Source of the DNA: a candidate division WOR-3 bacterium
GTDB taxonomy: Bacteria > Hydrothermota > Tepidihabitantia > Tepidihabitantales > Tepidihabitantaceae
Assembly: GCA_965648905.1 (NCBI GenBank)
Contig: CBFGIT010000018.1
Span: forward strand, 1-60,877
Length of the DNA: 60,877 nt
Direction of reading: 5' to 3'
Position 1 is the stretch's first letter, and each line of letters starts with the position of its first letter. This document shows positions 1 through 10,860 of the stretch, one piece after another. The translations under genes and the position numbers were made by a program. The notes below the pieces were generated by a model. That model ran no database searches. It was not told the origin of the DNA and saw only the letters and a list, made by a program, of their open reading frames with translations.

Positions 1-2
1 GG

Positions 3-1265
3 TCTCCCGACACCGGCTGCACGGTTGGCGACAGCGGAGTCTGTCTATACAGCCACGACGCGGGCAACTCATGGAACTGGGACAGCCTGAAATGGTCCAA
101 AGCCCCGTTGCGGGCGGTCACGGTGCCGGCATTGAGGCCTGCCCACGATACCTCGACCTACGTAGTCGGTGACGAGGCAGCAATACTCCGGGTTGTGAGC
201 TTTGACGACGCCTGGGAGATTGACGGCATGCGCCAATGGTATCCGGTGTACCAGGACTACAACGCGGTCTGCTTTCCCGACAGCCTGACCGGATTCATCG
301 TGGGAGACAGCGGTACCATCCTGAAGACTTCCCGGGGTGGCCGGATGCGGATTGACTACAACGAGCAGAAGAACTGCTACGAAGCGGCGTTCCGGGCGTT
401 CTGGGGCAGCCGGGCTGGCCTCGGGCCCCTGCCGTGGTTCTACGGATTCCACTGGTGGGACTGGGGAGCGGAAGGAAGGCCGAAGCAGCAGTGGAATGCG
501 GGCTGGGTGGACGCGTTCACACCACACCAGAAGCCGGCCCAAGGCGTCCTCGAGACCTGGTTTGCGGCCCGGCCAGAAGATCCCGGCCCCCACGGCCACC
601 ACGTGCGGCACTTTCCGACCGGCAGCCTGGATGTGGCCGTGCCTCAAGACGGCAAGGTAAGCGTCCCGCTGGTGCATCTCAGACTGGAGTCGCGCTCCTG
701 GGAAGGCGGCGGCCCGGCTGATGCAGCCAGGCTGCTACAAGAGTACTACGGAAACGATGACGCCATCATCAAGCTCGACTCGACGAACTGGTTCAACCTG
801 GGCCGGCAGACGACCTTTGACACTGAGTGGCGGTTCCTGTTTGGTGAGGGCAGGTACCGCTTCTACGTCCAGTTTCTCGACTATCCGGACAAGCTCAGCC
901 CGCCCTATCCTGACTTCGAGGACACGGTAGTCGTCTTCGACACGACTGCGGCTGAGGAGAACATCAACATCGACGGAGGGGCTCGGTTTGCCACGACCAC
1001 GACCTGCTCGCCGAGCTACACCGCATCGGATGTGTGCGCCGGGGTCAACTCGCTCAGGCTGGCCAACGCTGAGCCGGTCAATCTGGTGCTGAATCCGTGC
1101 TTCAGCTGGCGGGACCGGGCCTGGGAGTTCTCCGCGGGCGGGCAGGATAACCCGGAGCTTCCCGTGGCCGAGCTTACGGCCAACCCGGACCCGCGCGCTA
1201 CTCCTGCGGTTTGCGGCGCGGATTGGAACGCGGCTTGCAGAGCGGCTCCTGAAGCGGGTTGGTGA
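3..1265 (+). CDS. 5'-partial multidomain protein: YCF48/BNR-type propeller repeats, then the C-terminal segment of a GH113-like barrel and Ig/CBM-like region; 3' end probably truncated
   Basis: Frame open from window start (SPDTGCTVGDSGVCLYSHDAGNSW; GFIVGDSGTILKTSRGG), then EQKNCYEAAF..PWFYGFHWWDW..FTPHQKPAQGVLETWF; last ~20 codons lie in the 12-bp periodic tract. Confidence 0.65.
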   Translation, partial: SPDTGCTVGDSGVCLYSHDAGNSWNWDSLKWSKAPLRAVTVPALRPAHDTSTYVVGDEAAILRVVSFDDAWEIDGMRQWYPVYQDYNAVCFPDSLTGFIVGDSGTILKTSRGGRMRIDYNEQKNCYEAAFRAFWGSRAGLGPLPWFYGFHWWDWGAEGRPKQQWNAGWVDAFTPHQKPAQGVLETWFAARPEDPGPHGHHVRHFPTGSLDVAVPQDGKVSVPLVHLRLESRSWEGGGPADAARLLQEYYGNDDAIIKLDSTNWFNLGRQTTFDTEWRFLFGEGRYRFYVQFLDYPDKLSPPYPDFEDTVVVFDTTAAEENINIDGGARFATTTTCSPSYTASDVCAGVNSLRLANAEPVNLVLNPCFSWRDRAWEFSAGGQDNPELPVAELTANPDPRATPAVCGADWNAACRAAPEAGW

Positions 1266-1481
1266 GCGACGCCCGAAGCGATTCTGACTGCGCACCCGAG
1301 AGCGCAGTGCCGGGCCACAAGGAGAGCCGAAAGGACTGCGCCTCTGGTCGCGGCAGTCACCGGGGCTCGGGCCACGCCGGCCTGAGCCGCGGCCCAAGCC
1401 GCAGGGAAAGCCGCGACGAGAGCGTTTGAGGGTTCGCTCTGGAGAGCGGTTCCCTGAGCCGTATAGGGAACCGTTCCCCCT
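1206..1481. repeat. Degenerate 12-bp-period tandem tract
   Basis: GC(G/C) starts 19 of 22 consecutive 12-mers from 1206 (gcggtttgcggc gcggattggaac gcggcttgcaga gcggctcctgaa ...). Confidence 0.8.
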
Positions 1482-1874
1482 GGGGGTTCTGAATACCGAT
1501 CCATTTTCAGCTAACTCCATGATACTTTGAGGGTTGAGTCTCGAAACCGGCCAAATCGCCACTATACAGTTTTGCTAAGTGGCCTCTGAGTCGCTGTACA
1601 TGACAGAGCCAGGAACAGCCCGCCGTTCTTGTCAGGCCTGCAGACGGGTTTCTGTCTGATGTCGCATCCTGCGCGCCGACCAGCGCTGCCAGAAAGCGGC
1701 CGGCTCTGAGCTGTCGCCCGGTCATGGTCTTGTGCCGCCGGCTGGAGTGCTCGTGTTCTAGTAGCCGTTGACTGAGGCAATCGCGCTCGGAACCGGTCAG
1801 GGAAGTGCACGAGGCTCCGGGCAGCGTCCCGTCCTGCCCGAGACGACCTGCAAGGTTCGGAATGAGAGCCGCGC

Positions 1875-1902
1875 TTGATTTTGGCCCGTGCCGGAGTAAC
1901 TT
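1875..1902 (+). promoter_or_regulatory. sigma70-like promoter of the ptsH operon
   Basis: TTGATT-N16-TAACTT. Confidence 0.5.
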
Positions 1903-1971
1903 TATCGTCCTGACCATGAATCTGACCGAACAGTTGTCCTGCCCGGAACTCCTGGCCACCGAGGTCCGGAG

Positions 1972-2232
1972 ATGACCAAGGCGAGAATCAAGGTTGGCGG
2001 GTCGGTTGGCCTGCATGCCCGACCTGCGGCGAACTTTGTCCGAGCCGCCGAGCGATTCAACTCCGACGTGCGATTAGTCAAGGACGGGATGCGAGTCAAC
2101 GCGAAAAGCATCCTCGCGATTCTCACTCTCGCTGCCGAGCGCGGGTCCGAGGTCGTGCTCGAGATTGACGGCGATGACGAGACCGAGGCGATGGAAGTGC
2201 TCAAGACCAAACTGCTCGACACCGATGGGTAA
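1972..2232 (+). CDS. ptsH: Phosphocarrier protein HPr
   Basis: GLHARPAA (His15) and NAKSIL (Ser46) motifs, 86 aa. Confidence 0.96.
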   Translation: MTKARIKVGGSVGLHARPAANFVRAAERFNSDVRLVKDGMRVNAKSILAILTLAAERGSEVVLEIDGDDETEAMEVLKTKLLDTDG

Positions 2233-4012
2233 GTCGGAGAAGAACTACCGCGGTCTTCCGGTCTCACCGGGCCTTGTTCAAGGCCGGGCGTTGGTCTATC
2301 GCACGTATTCACCCGTGCTCCGGGAAACGGAACTGGACCCGGCACAGGTCCAGGCTGAGGTGAAGCGTTTTCGGCTGGCAGTGCGTGCTGCTGAGCGCGA
2401 CCTGCGCATACTTCATTCGCAGGTGAAACGGGACATGGGCCAGGACTTCGCGGACTTCATTGAGGTGCAGCTCGTGCTGCTGACCGACCAGGACGTGCTC
2501 GATTCGACCGAAGCGTTCATTCGCGAGCGCCGGCGCAACGCGGAGTTCGCCTATTCTGAGACCATGAAGCGCCTGTCGGCCCCGGTGCAGAAGTCGGCAG
2601 TGCCGCTGTTCCGGGAACGGGCGCTGGACGTCGCCGACGTGTCGAACCGCGTGCTGCGCGTGCTCCTGGGTGACGATACCGCAACCCTGCTTGAAGCCCA
2701 GCCCGGGACCGTGCTCGTTGCCCATGACCTGCCGCCTTCTGAGGCGGCGCTGCTCGACCCGCGCCGCGTTGTCGGGCTGGTGCTTGAATCCGGCGGCAAG
2801 ACGTCTCACACTGCCATCATGGCCAAAGCCAAGGAGATTCCGGCGGTGATGGACATTGGCCATATCTGCGACCAGGTCGAAGACGGCCAGCCCGTGTTCG
2901 TCGACGGCTACCGGGGCCTTGCCATCGTCAACCCCACCCGGAACCGCCTGACCACCTATGAGCACGAGAGCGAGGCGCGCGCCCGGCACCGCGAGTCGCT
3001 TGCCCGACTGTTCGAAGCCGAGGCCGTTACCCTGGACGGCAAGACGATCGACCTGTCCGCCAACATCGAGTTCCTGGCCGAAGCCCGGGCTGCCAGGCGC
3101 TACGGCGGGCGCGGCGTCGGGCTCTTCCGTACTGAATACATGTACCTGGCCAAACGCCGGCCTCCGACCGAAAACGAGCAGTTTCAGGTCTATTCAGAAG
3201 TCGCCCGCGTGTTCAAGCCCTACCCGGTAATCGTGCGCACGTTTGACCTGGGCGGCGACAAGGTGCTGACCGGCTACCACGAGGCCAATCCGTTTCTCGG
3301 CTATCGGGCCATTAGGTTGTGCCTTGATGACCTTGACCTGTTCAAACCGCAGTTGCGTGCCGCCCTGCGGGCGTCGGCCGCGGGCAACGTCAAGGTGATG
3401 TTTCCGATGGTCGCAACCGTTGAGGAGTTGCGTCGCGCCAAACTGGTGCTGGAACGGGCCAAGAAGGAGTTGAAGCGTGAAGGGGTGGAATTCGACGACG
3501 GGTTCGAGGCCGGCGTAATGGTCGAGATACCGTCGGCCGCGATCATCGCCGACCGACTGGCCCGGGAGTGCAGTTTCCTTTCCATCGGCTCGAACGACCT
3601 GACCCAGTACACTCTGGCTGTGGACCGGGGCAATGAGCGCGTCGCCCGGCTGTTCGACCACTTCCACCCGGCCGTGCTCCATCTCATCAAACAGACGATT
3701 GATGCCGCGCACCGACAAGGAGTCTGGGTCGGAATGTGCGGCGAGTTCGGGTCTGACCCGCTCGGGATGCTGGTGCTCCTGGGTCTGGGCATCGATGAAA
3801 TCTCGGTGGTACCGGCGATGATTCCCGAGGCGAAGAACATCATCCGCTCGATTGACACGACGCTTGCCGCCGAAGTCGCGGCCAGTGTCCTGAAGCTCGG
3901 CACCGCGCTCGAGGTCCAGCGTCTGCTCCGGCGGGAGATGGACCGGAAATTCCCCAGGCTGGCCGAATCCCTGTTCGACGTAGCAGGCGAGGAATGGTTC
4001 AATGCGACCTGA
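2225..4012 (+). CDS. ptsI: PEP-protein phosphotransferase (PTS enzyme I)
   Basis: GGKTSHTAIMAK, GLFRTEY, RTFDLGGDK, EANPFLGYRAIR, SIGSNDLTQY, CGE; ATG 2225 overlaps ptsH end. Confidence 0.96.
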   Translation: MGKSEKNYRGLPVSPGLVQGRALVYRTYSPVLRETELDPAQVQAEVKRFRLAVRAAERDLRILHSQVKRDMGQDFADFIEVQLVLLTDQDVLDSTEAFIRERRRNAEFAYSETMKRLSAPVQKSAVPLFRERALDVADVSNRVLRVLLGDDTATLLEAQPGTVLVAHDLPPSEAALLDPRRVVGLVLESGGKTSHTAIMAKAKEIPAVMDIGHICDQVEDGQPVFVDGYRGLAIVNPTRNRLTTYEHESEARARHRESLARLFEAEAVTLDGKTIDLSANIEFLAEARAARRYGGRGVGLFRTEYMYLAKRRPPTENEQFQVYSEVARVFKPYPVIVRTFDLGGDKVLTGYHEANPFLGYRAIRLCLDDLDLFKPQLRAALRASAAGNVKVMFPMVATVEELRRAKLVLERAKKELKREGVEFDDGFEAGVMVEIPSAAIIADRLARECSFLSIGSNDLTQYTLAVDRGNERVARLFDHFHPAVLHLIKQTIDAAHRQGVWVGMCGEFGSDPLGMLVLLGLGIDEISVVPAMIPEAKNIIRSIDTTLAAEVAASVLKLGTALEVQRLLRREMDRKFPRLAESLFDVAGEEWFNAT

Positions 4013-5024
4013 GACCGGCACCGACCAGATGCTGCAACTGGTACTCGGTCTGCCCGAGCAGTTGGCGCGCGGCGTCGAACTGGCGCGCACCCACCGGGCC
4101 GGCCGCCGGCGCCAGTGGCACAGCGTATTCGTCGCAGGCATGGGCGGGTCAGGCATCGGCGGAAAGATCGCCCAAGGCCTGCTGTTCGACTCCTGCCCGG
4201 TTCCGATTCAGGTCGTCAACGACTACCAACTGCCCGCCGCCGCGGGCCCGGAGTCACTGGTCATCGCGGTCAGCTTTTCCGGCAACACCGAAGAGACCAT
4301 TGCGGCGTACCGCCAGGCCTGCGGGCACGGCTGCCGAGTAGTAGCGATCACCGGTGGCGGTGAACTGGGCCGGCTTGCGACCAGGCAGGGCATACCAATG
4401 GTGACCGTGCCGGGCGGAATCCCGCCCCGCGCCGCACTTGGCTACCTGTTCGGCGCAACCCTCGGCGTGCTCGAACAGTTAGGAGTCTGCCCGAACCAGG
4501 AGCGCAGCATTGCCGAGGCGGTACGACAGATGCAGGCGGGTCGCCGGTCATGGCTCATCAGAGCCCGAACGATGGCCCTGAGCCTCAGGGAACGTCTGCC
4601 GATTGTTTACTCGACCAGCCGAGCTCTTGACCCGGTGGCCGAGCGCTGGCGGTGCCAGTTGAATGAGAACTCGGGCGTACTCTGTCACACGAACGCGCTG
4701 CCCGAGCACAACCACAACGAGATTGTTGGAATGGGTCAGCCGGCCAGGCTGGGTCGGCAGTGCGTAGTCATTGCCCTGCTCGACCGGGAGACAGACCCCC
4801 GAACCCGGTTCCGGCTCAAGGCCGTGCTCGAAATCTGCCGGGGCGCTTACCAGTCGGCCGTGCTGCTCGACGCTCCGGGCCGGTCGCGCCTGGCAAGAGT
4901 CTTTTCGCTCATCATGCTCGGCGACCTGGTGTCAGTGGAGCTGGCCCGACTGCTCGGCAAAGACGCAATGGAAATCAGCCGCATCAACCGGTTGAAGGAA
5001 ATGATGACCAGGCGGCGAAGATGA
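4002..5024 (+). CDS. Bifunctional phosphoglucose/phosphomannose isomerase (SIS fold)
   Basis: GMGGSGIGG, SFSGNTEET, PPRAAL, QLNEN, PEHNHNEI. Confidence 0.92.
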   Translation: MRPETGTDQMLQLVLGLPEQLARGVELARTHRAGRRRQWHSVFVAGMGGSGIGGKIAQGLLFDSCPVPIQVVNDYQLPAAAGPESLVIAVSFSGNTEETIAAYRQACGHGCRVVAITGGGELGRLATRQGIPMVTVPGGIPPRAALGYLFGATLGVLEQLGVCPNQERSIAEAVRQMQAGRRSWLIRARTMALSLRERLPIVYSTSRALDPVAERWRCQLNENSGVLCHTNALPEHNHNEIVGMGQPARLGRQCVVIALLDRETDPRTRFRLKAVLEICRGAYQSAVLLDAPGRSRLARVFSLIMLGDLVSVELARLLGKDAMEISRINRLKEMMTRRRR

Positions 5025-5998
5025 CGTTCAAGGCCGTGATTCCGGCTGCGGGTGAAGGCCGCCGGCTCAAACCCCATACCCATACGACACCCAAGATACT
5101 GCTCCAGGTCGCGGGCAAGCCGATCATCGGCCACATCATGGACCGGCTTGTACCGGCCAGGCCCGACGAGGTCTGCGTGGTAGTTGGAGCCCAGGGCGAC
5201 CAGATCCGAGACTATCTTGAGACGAACTACTCGTGCCGGTTCTCTTTCGTGACCCAGGAAAACCCACGCGGACTGGGTGACGCGGTCTACCGTGCCCGCC
5301 CGGTGTTCAAGGACGAAGCCATACTGATTGTGCTCGGGGACACGATTGTCGACATGACGATGAGCGAGATGATCGGCAGCGACAACCTGCTTGCAGTCAA
5401 GGCCGTAACTGACCCGAGGCGGTTCGGCATTGTCGAGCTGACTGACGGCATGGTCCGTAACCTGGTCGAGAAACCGGACCAACCGGCCAGCAACCTGGCG
5501 ATTGTCGGAATCTATTTCCTGCACGATTCCCGCGCCCTGTTTGCGGCGCTCGAACGTCTGGTCAGAGAGAACCGCACAACGCGCGGTGAGTACCAGCTCA
5601 CTGATGCCCTGCAACTACTGCTCGAACAAGGCATGACGATGAAGACCAAGACCATCGAGCACTGGCTCGACTGCGGCACCCGCGCTGCGATGATTGAAAC
5701 CAACCGGCATCTGCTTGCCCGCAACGGACACTTTCGACCCCGACCCAACACCGTGGTCGTCGAGCCGGTTTTCATCCACGACACGGCCGAGGTCGAGTTC
5801 TCGGTCATCGGGCCGAACGTGTCAATCGGCGCCGGTGCGGAAATCCGCGGCTCGGTCATCCGCGACTCGATTATCAACGACAAGGTGATAGTTGAGCACT
5901 CGCTGCTTGAGGGGTCGATTCTGGGCGAGAACTCGGTCGTGCGCGACAGCCCGCGCCGCCTCAACCTCGGTGGGTTCTCTGAGCTTGAGATGGGCTGA
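5021..5998 (+). CDS. Sugar-phosphate nucleotidyltransferase (glucose-1-phosphate thymidylyltransferase-like, C-terminal beta-helix)
   Basis: AVIPAAGEGRRLKPHT..PK, Q..PRGLGDA, EKP, GEYQLTDAL, WLDCG; ATGA overlap with upstream gene. Confidence 0.9.
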   Translation: MTFKAVIPAAGEGRRLKPHTHTTPKILLQVAGKPIIGHIMDRLVPARPDEVCVVVGAQGDQIRDYLETNYSCRFSFVTQENPRGLGDAVYRARPVFKDEAILIVLGDTIVDMTMSEMIGSDNLLAVKAVTDPRRFGIVELTDGMVRNLVEKPDQPASNLAIVGIYFLHDSRALFAALERLVRENRTTRGEYQLTDALQLLLEQGMTMKTKTIEHWLDCGTRAAMIETNRHLLARNGHFRPRPNTVVVEPVFIHDTAEVEFSVIGPNVSIGAGAEIRGSVIRDSIINDKVIVEHSLLEGSILGENSVVRDSPRRLNLGGFSELEMG

Positions 5999-7164
<1,166 letters not shown>

Positions 7165-7165
<1 letters not shown>

Positions 7166-8295
7166 TGGCAACTCGTATCATGATGGCCGCGCTTGCGGCC
7201 ATGCTCGTCTCGTGTTCGGGCAGCGGTGCGATCAAGGTCGGTCTGGTCGTTCCCCTGACCGGCGACGTCAAGACTTTCGGTGAGTCGGCCCGCAACGGCG
7301 CGATGCTCGCGTTCGACGAGCTGAATGCAGCCGGCGGCATCTCCGGGCGACTGATCAAGGTAATTGCGACCGACGACAAGAACGACCCGACCGAAGCTGC
7401 CAATGCCGGAGCCAAACTCATCGACATGGACCGGGTTGTCGCGGTCGTCGGCTCGGTCTCATCCAAGTGCTCGTCGCCGCTTTCCGACAAGTGCCAGGCA
7501 TCCAAAGTCCCGATGATTTCGCCGACATCGACTAACCCCAAAGTGACGGTCGACGAGCAGGGTCGGCGCAAGGACTACGTTTTCCGCGCCTGCTTCATCG
7601 ACCCATTTCAAGGCACGGTCGGAGCCCGGTTCGCGCTCGACAGCCTTAAGGCGAAGACCGCGGCCGTGATGTACGACGTCGGGAACGACTACTCCAAGGG
7701 TCTGGCCGACTACTTCAAGGCTGCGTTCGAGCAGGGCGGCGGCCGAGTGACCGCGTTCGAGTCTTATGCCAAGGACGACGTCGACTATTCGGCCCTCTTG
7801 ACCAAGGTCAAACAGTCGAGCCCGGACGTGCTGTTCATCCCGGACTACTACAACAAGGTCGGGCTGATTGCCAAGCAGGCCCGGCAGCTCGGCCTGCCGG
7901 CGACCCTGCTCGGTGGTGACGGTTGGGACTCACCCGAGATGGTGAAGATCGCCGGCGACGCGATTCTGGGCGGCTACTTCACCAACCATTATTCACCTGA
8001 TGACCCGCGCCCCGAAGTGCAGGAGTGGGTCCGGAAATACGAAACGAAGTACGGCCAGCGGCCTGATGCGCTCGCGACCCTGGGCTACGATGCCGCGCTG
8101 CTGCTCATTGAGGCGCTGAAGAACGCGGCGGGCGCCCGACCCGACGAAATCAAGGCCGCCCTGCAAGGCATCAAAGACTTCCCCTGCGTGTCCGGTCGGA
8201 TTACATTCGATGAATGGGGCAACCCAATCAAGAGCGCTGCGGTCCTGGTCTATACCAGGGACGGACAGCAGTACGTCACCACGGTCAATCCCTGA
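7165..8295 (+). CDS. Branched-chain amino acid-type ABC substrate-binding lipoprotein (LivJ family)
   Basis: Lipobox-like LVSC, IKVGLVVPLTG, FRACFIDPFQG, GGDGWDSP. Confidence 0.9.
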
Positions 8296-8316
8296 ACAAA
8301 GGAGCGGCACTCACTG

Positions 8317-8691
8317 ATGAAGCACGTCCCCCGGGTGCTGATTGTTGACGACAACGCCGGCATGCTGGAGACAATGGCCGACATTGTCGCCGCCGACGGG
8401 TTTGATGTTGATGTCGCTCCTGACGGCCGAACCGCGCTCGCGCGCATGGCTGACAACCGTTACGACATCGCGGTGTTCGACATTGTCCTGCCCGACATCA
8501 ACGGCATCGAGCTGGTTCGCCAGACCCGGCCCGAGCACCCTGAAACCAAGTACGTCATCATCACTGCCTACACCAACACCGACCACGTCGAGCGGGTCCG
8601 GGCCGAGCCGGTTGTCGAGATACTCTACAAACCGGTCGACCCGGTGCGGCTGCTCGATGCACTGCGGCAATTGACCGCGCCCGTGGACTAG
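8317..8691 (+). CDS. Single-domain response regulator (REC)
   Basis: VLIVDD, FDIVLPDINGIEL, ITAY, KP. Confidence 0.9.
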   Translation: MKHVPRVLIVDDNAGMLETMADIVAADGFDVDVAPDGRTALARMADNRYDIAVFDIVLPDINGIELVRQTRPEHPETKYVIITAYTNTDHVERVRAEPVVEILYKPVDPVRLLDALRQLTAPVD

Positions 8692-8696
8692 CGCCG

Positions 8697-9110
8697 GTGC
8701 GCTACCGCCAGCTCAACCACACGGCCGATGTCATGGTCGAAATCTACGGCCGGACCGCGGTCGAGCTGTTCGCCAATGCCGCGTTCTGCGTCGCCGACGT
8801 CATGTATCGTCCGGACCTGGTCGAGGAGAAAGAGACTATCCCCGTCACTCTTGATGCTGCCGACCGGCCCGAGTTGTTCCTCGATTGGCTCCGAGAACTG
8901 CTCTATATCTTCGCCGTCCAGGGACGCGCATTTCACCGCGCCACGGTCGAGCAACTGACCGACTACCATCTCGAGGCCTCGGTCCGGGGTGAGCGATTCG
9001 ACCCGCGCCGGCACGGCCTGAAGGTTGAGCTCAAGACCCCGACTTACCACGGCTATCGGTTGGAGCAGTTGCCGGACGGATTCCGGGCAACCGTCGTGTT
9101 CGACGCCTAG
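8697..9110 (+). CDS. Archease
   Basis: LNHTADV, ELFANAA, DWLRELLY, ELKTPTYHG, terminal VVFDA. Confidence 0.92.
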   Translation: MRYRQLNHTADVMVEIYGRTAVELFANAAFCVADVMYRPDLVEEKETIPVTLDAADRPELFLDWLRELLYIFAVQGRAFHRATVEQLTDYHLEASVRGERFDPRRHGLKVELKTPTYHGYRLEQLPDGFRATVVFDA

Positions 9111-10288
9111 CCGGGCTGATGGCTCCGGTTCTTCCAGAGCGGCGAGATGTCGCGCAGTCGACGCACGACGCGGTCGAAGACCTCGATGACATGGGTGACT
9201 TCCTCGTCGGTGTTCTCCGGTCCGAACGAGAACCTGACCGGCGAGTTTCGGAACAGCTCAGGTACGCCGAGTGCGGCCACGGTTGCCGAGCCCTCGGTCG
9301 AGCCTGACGAGCAGGCCGAACCCGATGCCACCGCCACCCCCTCCAGGTCCAGATTCATCAAGAGAGCCTCACCTTCGACATAGCCGACGCTGACATGGAG
9401 CACATTGGGCGCACGCTCGGTCGGGTGCCCGTTGACCAGCACCTCGGGAACGCGCTCAAGGATGCCCTGCTGCAGTCGGTCTCTCAATCGCCGTTCATGC
9501 TCGGCGTTGGCCCGCCATTCCCTATTGAGCAACTCACAGGCGCTTCCCAGACCAACGATGCCGATCGTGTTCTCGGTCCCGGCCCTCATTCCCCGCTCCT
9601 GATGTCCGCCGTGGATGAGCGGCTGGAGCGGTGTGCCCCGGCGTACGTAGAGCGCACCGACGCCTTTGGGCGCACGCAGCTTGTGACCCGAAATCGTCAG
9701 CAGGTCAACGCCAAGCTGATCGACGCTGACCTCCATTTTGCCTGCCGCCGCGACCGCGTCAGTATGGCAGACAACGCCCGCAGCCCGGCACACCCGGGCA
9801 ATCTCAGTCACTGGTTCAATCGTGCCGATCTCGTTGTTCACGAGCATGACGCTGACGAGCACGGTATCGGGGGTGATTGCCTGCCTGAGTTCGTCCGGGT
9901 CAACTCGGCCGGTCCGGTCCACGCTGAGCAGCGTCACCCGGTACCCGATTGACTCAAGATATCGGCAGCTCGCCAGCACCGCGCTGTGCTCGATCGCGCT
10001 TGAGACCACATGCCGGCCCTTGTCGGCGTTGGCCAGCGCCACACCCTTGACCGCCCAGTTGTCCGCCTCGGTTCCGCTGCCCGTGAAAAAGACCTCTTCC
10101 GGACTGCAACCGAGGAAACCGGCCACCTGCTCGCGTGCCGTCTCGATGCCTTCAGCGCACTCCCGGCCGAAGCTGTGGATGTTCGACGGATTGCCGAACC
10201 GCCCATGAATGTAGGGTTCGATTGCTGCGGCCACGCGCGGGTCGATGCTCGTGGTCGAGTTGTTATCCAGATATACTCGTCGGTTCAT
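9107..10288 (-). CDS. iscS: Cysteine desulfurase (IscS/NifS family)
   Basis: VYLDNNSTT, GNPS, SGHK (PLP Lys), RAGTEN, SGSACSS; SD AAGGAGG before ATG 10288. Confidence 0.92.
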   Translation of the reverse strand: MNRRVYLDNNSTTSIDPRVAAAIEPYIHGRFGNPSNIHSFGRECAEGIETAREQVAGFLGCSPEEVFFTGSGTEADNWAVKGVALANADKGRHVVSSAIEHSAVLASCRYLESIGYRVTLLSVDRTGRVDPDELRQAITPDTVLVSVMLVNNEIGTIEPVTEIARVCRAAGVVCHTDAVAAAGKMEVSVDQLGVDLLTISGHKLRAPKGVGALYVRRGTPLQPLIHGGHQERGMRAGTENTIGIVGLGSACELLNREWRANAEHERRLRDRLQQGILERVPEVLVNGHPTERAPNVLHVSVGYVEGEALLMNLDLEGVAVASGSACSSGSTEGSATVAALGVPELFRNSPVRFSFGPENTDEEVTHVIEVFDRVVRRLRDISPLWKNRSHQPG

Positions 10289-10808
10289 CAGGCCTCCTTG
10301 GTGAAGAGCCGGCCGATGCCGGGATGGGCGGCCGGCGACGGAATAGCTCCCGACCCAGCAGCATGACCACGCCGATAACGACACCGGCATCCGCCAGGTT
10401 GAACGTGTGCCAGTGCCAGCCGCGCCAGCCCACGTCGATGAAGTCAATCACGTAACCGAATCTCATCCGGTCGATGACGTTGCCCAGCGCGCCGCCCAGG
10501 ATCATCCCGTAAGCGGTTGCGGGCCAGCAAGCGCGCGCCCGCAGGCCAAACCAGACCACGAGCACCGCCCCGACCAGCGGCAGGAGCAGGTAGAATACCC
10601 GTGGGCCATAGGACAGGCCGAACACGCCCTGCGGGTTGTGCACGTGCCAAATCCGCAGCACGTCACCGAGCAGCCGGACCACCTCGCCTCCGGGGACAAG
10701 ACCGTAGACCAGGACTTTGGTCACCTGGTCGAGAAACAGAGCGGTAATCGCGGCCCAGACAAAACACCGCAGCGGAACCGGGAGCCTGTGTCGTACCGTT
10801 TCAATCAT
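10263..10808 (-). CDS. lspA: Lipoprotein signal peptidase II
   Basis: DQVTK, HNPQGVFG, GGALGNVIDR, VIDFI, FNLAD. Confidence 0.95.
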   Translation of the reverse strand: MIETVRHRLPVPLRCFVWAAITALFLDQVTKVLVYGLVPGGEVVRLLGDVLRIWHVHNPQGVFGLSYGPRVFYLLLPLVGAVLVVWFGLRARACWPATAYGMILGGALGNVIDRMRFGYVIDFIDVGWRGWHWHTFNLADAGVVIGVVMLLGRELFRRRPPIPASAGSSPRRPDEPTSISG

Positions 10809-10860
10809 GTTGAAGACCGGGAAACCTCAGCCGGCGGGAAAGAGCGTCTCCTGGCCCGCC

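Noticed and set aside
1263..1265. Sec readthrough of the first gene's TGA
   Set aside because: Lies in the periodic tract, has no redox motif, and more stops follow
1206..1481. CRISPR array
   Set aside because: No conserved 23-47 bp repeat with spacers and no cas genes
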